A DNA stretch of 64,000 bases from Candidatus Latescibacterota bacterium (GTDB taxonomy: Bacteria; Krumholzibacteriota; Krumholzibacteriia; WVZY01), in assembly GCA_011772205.1 (NCBI GenBank), contig WVZY01000076.1, positions 5,092-69,091 on the forward strand, written 5' to 3'. The position numbers and the translations under genes are program-made. The notes under the pieces are model-generated. The model was given only the letters and a program-made list of their open reading frames with translations, was not told where the DNA came from and did no database searches. Position 1 is the stretch's first letter. Each line of letters begins with the position of its first letter. Positions 58,692-64,000 of the stretch are shown here, piece by piece.

Positions 58692-61145
58692 ATGGCTTCC
58701 AACCCAAAAGATGACGAGATTCGCGTTGGTGTGTTCGTCTGCGATTGCGGGCTCAACATCGCCGGAGCCGTGGACTGCGGCGCGGTGGCCGAGTACGCTG
58801 AGACGCTGCCCGATGTGGCATGCGTCGTTCGGAACAAGTACACCTGCGCAGATCCAGGCCAGAACGAGATCAAAGATGCGATCCGCCAGCACCGTTTGAA
58901 CCGCGTGGTGGTTGCCTCCTGTACTCCAAGGCAGCACGAACCCACGTTCCGACAGTGCGTGCGGGAAGCCGGCATGAATCCGTACCTCATGGAAATGGCG
59001 AACCTGCGCGAGCACTGCTCGTGGGTGCATCCCGGAGAATGGGAGGCCGCGACGGGAAAGGCAAAGGATTTGGTGGCTAGCGCTGTGGCACGGGCTCGAC
59101 TGCTGCAGCCTCAGGAGGAACTTTCCGTTCCTGTTACTAAGCGCGCGCTGGTGATCGGTGGCGGCGTGGCAGGGATCGAAGCTGCGCTCGAGCTCGGCGA
59201 TGCGGGACACCAGGTCGTCCTCGTTGAAAAACAACCGTCCATCGGTGGGATCATGGCGCAGCTGGACAAAACGTATCCCACGATGGACTGCTCGATATGA
59301 ATTCTCGGCCCCAAGGCCATCGATGCCGGTCGGCATCCCAACATCGAGCTTCTCACCTTCAGCGAGGTCGAAGAGGTCTCCGGATACATCGGAAACTTCA
59401 CGGTGAAGATCCGGAAAAAAGCCCGTTACGTAGACCCGGGTCTATGCAACGCGTGCGAGGAGTGCGCCAAAGTTTGTCCGGTAGTCAAACCTGACGAGTT
59501 CCAAATGGGGCTGTCCTCGCGCAAAGCGATTTACATCCCCTTCCCACAAGCCGTTCCCTGTTCCTATATCCTTAATATGGATGATTGTTTAGGCAACAAT
59601 CCGATTGCCTGCGGAAAATGTGCCGATGTCTGCGAGAAGAAGGCGATCGATTACGACGACCAGGACGAAATCATCGAGCGCGAAGTCGGAGCGATCATCG
59701 TGGCCATCGGCATGGACGTCTATGATCCCACCGAGATGGATGAATACGGGTACACCCGTTTCGAGAATGTTATCACCTCGATGGAGTTCGAGCGGCTGAT
59801 CTGCGCGGGAGGACCAACGGCTGGGCACTTCGTGCGGCCCAGTGATCACGAGCGGCCCAAGCGCATCGGATTCATACAATGTGTCGGCTCGAGAAACCCA
59901 AAGATCGGCAGGCCTTACTGCTCGAACATCTGTTGCATGAATACGGTGAAGGATACTCTCCTCCTGGCCGATCATTACCCGGATACGGATAATTACGTCT
60001 TCTACCAGGATATTCGTGCATTCGGAAAATCGTTCGAAGACATGTTCCAGCGATCCAAAGAGGCAGGGACAAAATTCATTCGGGGACTTCCAGGAGATAT
60101 CGAGGAGGATCCCGAAACGCGCAAGCTCACCATCACCGTTGAAAACACAACCAGCGGGAGACTGGAACGGCACGAGCTCGATATGGTAGTGCTCTCGGTT
60201 GGCGTCGTACCACCCAAAGATCGTGACAAGGTTTCCGGATTGCTCACTCTGTCCAAGACCTCCGATGGATTTTTCATGGAGTCGCATCCGAAGCTCAAAC
60301 CGGTGGACGCGCCGACGCGGGGCGTCTTTTTCGCCGGTTTCTGCGAGGCCCCCAAGGATATCAAGGATTCCGTCTGTCAAGCCGGAGCAACTGCCTCCCG
60401 CGCCGGTGCACTGTTGAATGCCGGCGAGATATCTGTTGAGGCGATCACCAGCAGGATCGACGAGGAAGCCTGCACGCAGTGCGGGCTGTGCGCCGCGGTG
60501 TGCCCCTACGGAGCGATCATTTGGAGGAAGGGGGAGCCGGCCGTCGTCGTGGAAGCTGCCTGTGCCGGTTGCGGAGCGTGTGGCGCCACATGTCAATTTG
60601 GAGCGATTACCATGCGTCACTTTACGGACGAGCAGCTAATCGCTCAAGTCCGCGCCGTGCTTGCGGAGAACCCGCAGGATAAGGTGTTCGTCTTTGCGTG
60701 CAATTGGTGCTCGTATGCGGGCGGCGACATGGCCGGGATATCCCGAATGCAATACCCCACTACCAACCGCGTTATCAGAACGATGTGCTCCGCGCGAGTG
60801 TCGGAGGAGATGGTTCTCGAAGCGTTCCGTTGCGGTGCACCGGCCGTTCTGGTATCAGGATGCCATTATGCGGACTGCCACTACATCAACGCCAACAGAC
60901 AGACGGTCAAGCGCATGCAGCGTCTGTGGAATAAGCTCGACAAGGCCGGTGTGCGGCCCGAGCGGCTGCAGCTTGAGTGGATCAGTGCTGCAGAGGGGCA
61001 GAAATTCGCCAAAGTGATGCGCCAGATGGAGGAGATTCGAGAAACTGTCACGATGGAGGAGATCGAACACACGAAGCAAGCGCTCAAGCCGAAGCCCAAG
61101 AAGAAGGCTCCAAAGAGCAAGGAAGCGGCAGCTGCGGCAAGCTAA
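58692..61145 (+). CDS. hdrA: Selenocysteine-containing HdrA-MvhD fusion (Sec at 59298-59300)
   Basis: In-frame join [17 protein letters not shown] with no other stop; HdrA motifs followed by an MvhD domain (FACNWCSY...GCHYADCHY). Confidence 0.9.
59322..59337 (+). promoter_or_regulatory. Bacterial SECIS-like hairpin
   Basis: GATGCC-GGTC-GGCATC; loop 28 nt after the TGA, same geometry as in the first hdrA. Confidence 0.8.
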
Positions 61146-61168
61146 ATAGAAAATGACCGGAGGGTCAT

Positions 61169-61324
61169 ATGGCAGAAGTAACGACAGAAACGTTTCGATG
61201 CATGATGTGCGGCCATGAATATCAGGAAAAAGTGGAAAAAGGGGAGGACAAGGAGCGCTCCTGTCCAAAGTGTCGCTCGAACAGCATCTGGCATCTCAAG
61301 AAAAAACGACCGGCGAAGGAGTAA
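61169..61324 (+). CDS. Small zinc-ribbon/rubredoxin-like protein (51 aa, not in ORF track)
   Basis: GGAGG RBS; MAEVTTETFRCMMCGHEYQEKVEKGEDKERSCPKCRSNSIWHLKKKRPAKE. Confidence 0.75.
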   Translation: MAEVTTETFRCMMCGHEYQEKVEKGEDKERSCPKCRSNSIWHLKKKRPAKE

Positions 61325-61329
61325 TTGAA

Positions 61330-61857
61330 ATGCCCCAGAAGCCGAAAGATTCGCCGAGTGGCAAAAACAAAGTCGCACGCATCGATTTTCGATTTCGCCG
61401 TGAGCTTGCGGAAAAGATCGAAGGCGACCTGGCAAGCTTTTGTTATCAGTGTGGTGCCTGCGTTGGAGACTGCCCGGCGACGACTTACGGAAGTGATTTC
61501 AATCCCCGGGACATCATGCTCAAAGTGCTTTACGGCCTGGGAGATGAGCTCCTGGGTGAGAATTCGATCCTTTGGGAATGCACCAATTGTTACAACTGCC
61601 ACGAGCGCTGCCCGCAGGATGTCAAGCCCGTTGAAGTGATTATTTCGCTCAAGAACATGTTGGCAGATCTCGGCATTTACCCGCCGGCGGTCGAAAAAGT
61701 CATCCAAACATTCGAAAAAACCGGCCGAACCGTTCCCTTGAGCGATGCGGTTAACCGCCAGCGAGAAAAATTCGGTTTGCCACCCTTGCCGGAGGTGCCG
61801 ATGGAAGAGATTCAAAAGCTCATCGAACCGGATTCGGAAGAAGGAGAAAAGGATTGA
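61330..61857 (+). CDS. hdrC: Heterodisulfide reductase subunit C
   Basis: CYQCGACVGDCP, WECTNCYNCHERCPQ. Confidence 0.9.
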   Translation: MPQKPKDSPSGKNKVARIDFRFRRELAEKIEGDLASFCYQCGACVGDCPATTYGSDFNPRDIMLKVLYGLGDELLGENSILWECTNCYNCHERCPQDVKPVEVIISLKNMLADLGIYPPAVEKVIQTFEKTGRTVPLSDAVNRQREKFGLPPLPEVPMEEIQKLIEPDSEEGEKD

Positions 61858-62741
61858 AACGCTTTGCGTTTTTCCCCGGCTGCTTGATTCCCGCGCGCCA
61901 TCCCGCCATGGAGTTCGCCATCAGGGAAGCCCTTCCCAGGCTCGGAATAGAGATCGTGGATCTCGATAATGCATCGTGCTGTCCGGATCCGATCTATTTC
62001 AAATCGAAAGACAAGCTTTCATGGCTTGCTGTGGCAGCGCGCAACCTTTGCCTCGCCGAAGATCTAGGCCTGGACATCTTTACCAACTGTTCCGGTTGCA
62101 CGGCCACCCTTTCGGAAACGTACCATCTCCTGCAAAACGAGGTGCTCAGAGAAAAGGTGAACAAACGCTTGAAAAGAATCGGACGGGAGTACAAGGGGAC
62201 TTCCAGGGTAAGGCACATCGTAACCCTGTTGAGAGATTTCGCCGGATACGAGGCGATCAAGGATTCTGTCGAACGTCCGTTGGAAGGCCTCAAAATGGCG
62301 ATCCACTACGGCTGCCATCTCCTGAAACCCAGCCGGATCATGCAGGTCGATGATCCAAACGATCCGAGCGTGATGGAGAATCTTGTCACAGCTCTCGGTG
62401 CAACACCGGTGAGGCACCGCAACTGGTACCTTTGCTGCGGTAAAGCTTGCCAATCGGACGAAGTCCCCTCGAACATGATGCACGATTTGTTGGGTACAGT
62501 GAATGATGAGCATGCGGACATTCTGTGCATGATTTGCCCTACCTGTTTTGGCCAGTTCGATTTCGGACAGATGAAAGTGTCCAAGCAGTTTGGGGAGGAT
62601 TTCCACACGCCGCCCGTCTATTATTTCCAGCTCCTCGCTTTTGCCCAAGGCGTGCCTTATGACAAGCTTGGACTGGAGAGACAGCGGTTCAAACCGGATT
62701 GCCTCCGCCGTTTCGAAACCACCACGATCCCTGAAGGGTAA
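61854..62741 (+). CDS. hdrB: Heterodisulfide reductase subunit B
   Basis: FPGC, SCCP, CSGC, HYGCHLLKP, CCG, CPTC. Confidence 0.92.
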   Translation: MKRFAFFPGCLIPARHPAMEFAIREALPRLGIEIVDLDNASCCPDPIYFKSKDKLSWLAVAARNLCLAEDLGLDIFTNCSGCTATLSETYHLLQNEVLREKVNKRLKRIGREYKGTSRVRHIVTLLRDFAGYEAIKDSVERPLEGLKMAIHYGCHLLKPSRIMQVDDPNDPSVMENLVTALGATPVRHRNWYLCCGKACQSDEVPSNMMHDLLGTVNDEHADILCMICPTCFGQFDFGQMKVSKQFGEDFHTPPVYYFQLLAFAQGVPYDKLGLERQRFKPDCLRRFETTTIPEG

Positions 62742-63175
62742 TTTTCTTAGAAAATTGGAGTACGCGCATGACGCGTTCCCGGCGACGTGTTTTTCGAGGC
62801 GCGGAGCCGACGCATATTGGGGCTCGGCATAGCCGCTATCGCGATCCGCACAACCCGGCTGCCAAATACCCGCGAGCTTCGTAATTGCTTGGATTTTAGA
62901 TGATTTTCGAGTAAATTGGGATTGACCCCGCGCAGTATAAGTGTCAATGTAATAATGTGTGGAGATGGGGGACGCTGGGATAGGATATCTGCAGACACCC
63001 CAATAAGTTGTAAGGATGCAAATTGTCCGGTGCATGCCCGCCGGGCGGATACCCCAAAGTACTGCCATCAGCTGAATCTCAATTCGGATTCCGTCTAGAG
63101 GCAAGAGGAGTTACCACTCCTCTGCTTGTTTAGTAGATGGAAAACAAATTGAGCCGGTTCATGAGGAGGCCGGTG

Positions 63176-63391
63176 ATGCCGAAGAAAAATCCTGTGATAG
63201 AAATAAAAATGGAATGGTGCAAAGGGTGCGCGTTTTGTGTTGAATTCTGCCCCAAGGAAGTGCTGCAAATGAAGGGCATATATCCGGTAGTTGCAAAAAT
63301 AGAAGACTGCACGGCCTGTGGCTTGTGCGAAGTTTTGTGTCCTGATTTCGCTATCGAGGTAATTGCGGAGGACGAGGCGGTGAAGAAATAG
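63176..63391 (+). CDS. 2x4Fe-4S delta subunit of a second 2-oxoacid oxidoreductase
   Basis: CKGCAFCVEFCP, CTACGLCEVLCPDFAI. Confidence 0.9.
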   Translation: MPKKNPVIEIKMEWCKGCAFCVEFCPKEVLQMKGIYPVVAKIEDCTACGLCEVLCPDFAIEVIAEDEAVKK

Positions 63392-63421
63392 AAGACGTGA
63401 TGTGTGTGAAAGGAATTTTCA

Positions 63422-64000
63422 ATGCAGTCGAATCAGAAGGATAAAGTGCAGGTTATCACTGGCAATGAAGCGTGCGCCGAAGGAGCGTTAGCGGCCGGTC
63501 TGAAATTTTTTGCCGGCTATCCAATCACACCCTCTTCCGAAATTGCGGAGATCTTATCGTTGCGGCTTCCCAGGGTGGATGGGCGGTTCATTCAGATGGA
63601 AGATGAAATAGCCGCTATGGGAGCTATTATCGGCGCATCGCTGGCAGGGGCGAAAGCCATGACCGCAACCAGCGGTCCCGGCTTTTCGCTGAAGCAAGAA
63701 AATATCGGCTACGCGGCCATGGCGGAAGTCCCCTGTGTGGTGGTCAATGTTCAAAGGGGAGGACCTAGCACTGGCCTGCCAACCCTACCTGCCCAAGGGG
63801 ATGTCATGCAGTCCCGCTGGGGCACGCACGGTGATCATCCTATTATTGCGCTCGCGCCGCACAGCGTAAGAGAAACGTTCGAGCTGACAATCCGCGCGTT
63901 CAACCTTTCCGAAATGTATCGCACACCTGTGATTTTGCTAATGGACGAGGTTATAGGGCATGTGAATGAAAAGGTGATCTTACCCGGACCGGATGAGTAT
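63422..64000 (+). CDS. Second 2-oxoacid:ferredoxin oxidoreductase alpha subunit (partial)
   Basis: Hand translation: MQSNQKDKVQVITGNEACAEG...FAGYPITPSSE...QMEDE...TSGPGFSLKQE...QRGGPSTGLPT. Confidence 0.9.
   Translation, partial: MQSNQKDKVQVITGNEACAEGALAAGLKFFAGYPITPSSEIAEILSLRLPRVDGRFIQMEDEIAAMGAIIGASLAGAKAMTATSGPGFSLKQENIGYAAMAEVPCVVVNVQRGGPSTGLPTLPAQGDVMQSRWGTHGDHPIIALAPHSVRETFELTIRAFNLSEMYRTPVILLMDEVIGHVNEKVILPGPDEY

Noticed and set aside
53556..59300. hdrA pseudogenes or split genes
   Set aside because: The same TGA at a conserved Cys position in both paralogs, each with an identical hairpin, indicates Sec.
62921..62948. ATTGAC...GTCAAT inverted repeat as an FNR-like site
   Set aside because: The 16-nt spacer does not fit FNR; only 6 bp, could be chance.
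1..64000. Genome-wide TGA reassignment (code 4 or 25) to explain four internal TGAs
   Set aside because: Many genes end in TGA at their family's natural C-terminus, often in ATGA/GTGA overlaps (e.g. 13498, 36456, 56825).

Overview
64 kb of an anaerobic Gram-negative bacterium. It is probably FCB-group (Latescibacterota/Krumholzibacteriota-like), inferred from FlgD-Ig, IPTL-CTERM and 'WGxIKxxY' C-terminal tails. Contents in order: partial PEPCK; flotillin; an aspartate aminotransferase fused to a degenerate HPrK/PEPCK-like domain; a papain-family protease with an in-frame TGA; a secreted CBM6/35-like protein whose frame continues through a TGA, tail-to-tail with a redoxin/outer-membrane beta-barrel fusion; a split B12 methionine synthase paired with an MttB-family methyltransferase; a radical SAM/SPASM enzyme with a lipoprotein partner; an M1 aminopeptidase; a FecR/DUF928-TPR, Ser/Thr kinase and CHAT protease trio; archaeal-type gatDE; a Mo/W-cofactor and wtpABC operon; cysteine synthase, glutaminyl cyclase, ispG and uvrC; and a MarR-headed 2-oxoacid:ferredoxin oxidoreductase plus heterodisulfide reductase cluster. 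The two hdrA genes carry in-frame TGA codons at a conserved Cys position, each followed by the same SECIS-like hairpin, which strongly indicates Sec decoding. The best candidate for an undescribed system is the putative exported CBM-fold selenoprotein plus the redoxin-barrel (8228-10796). No rRNA, tRNA, CRISPR array or intact IS was seen. All family calls are from motif recognition, not database searches.
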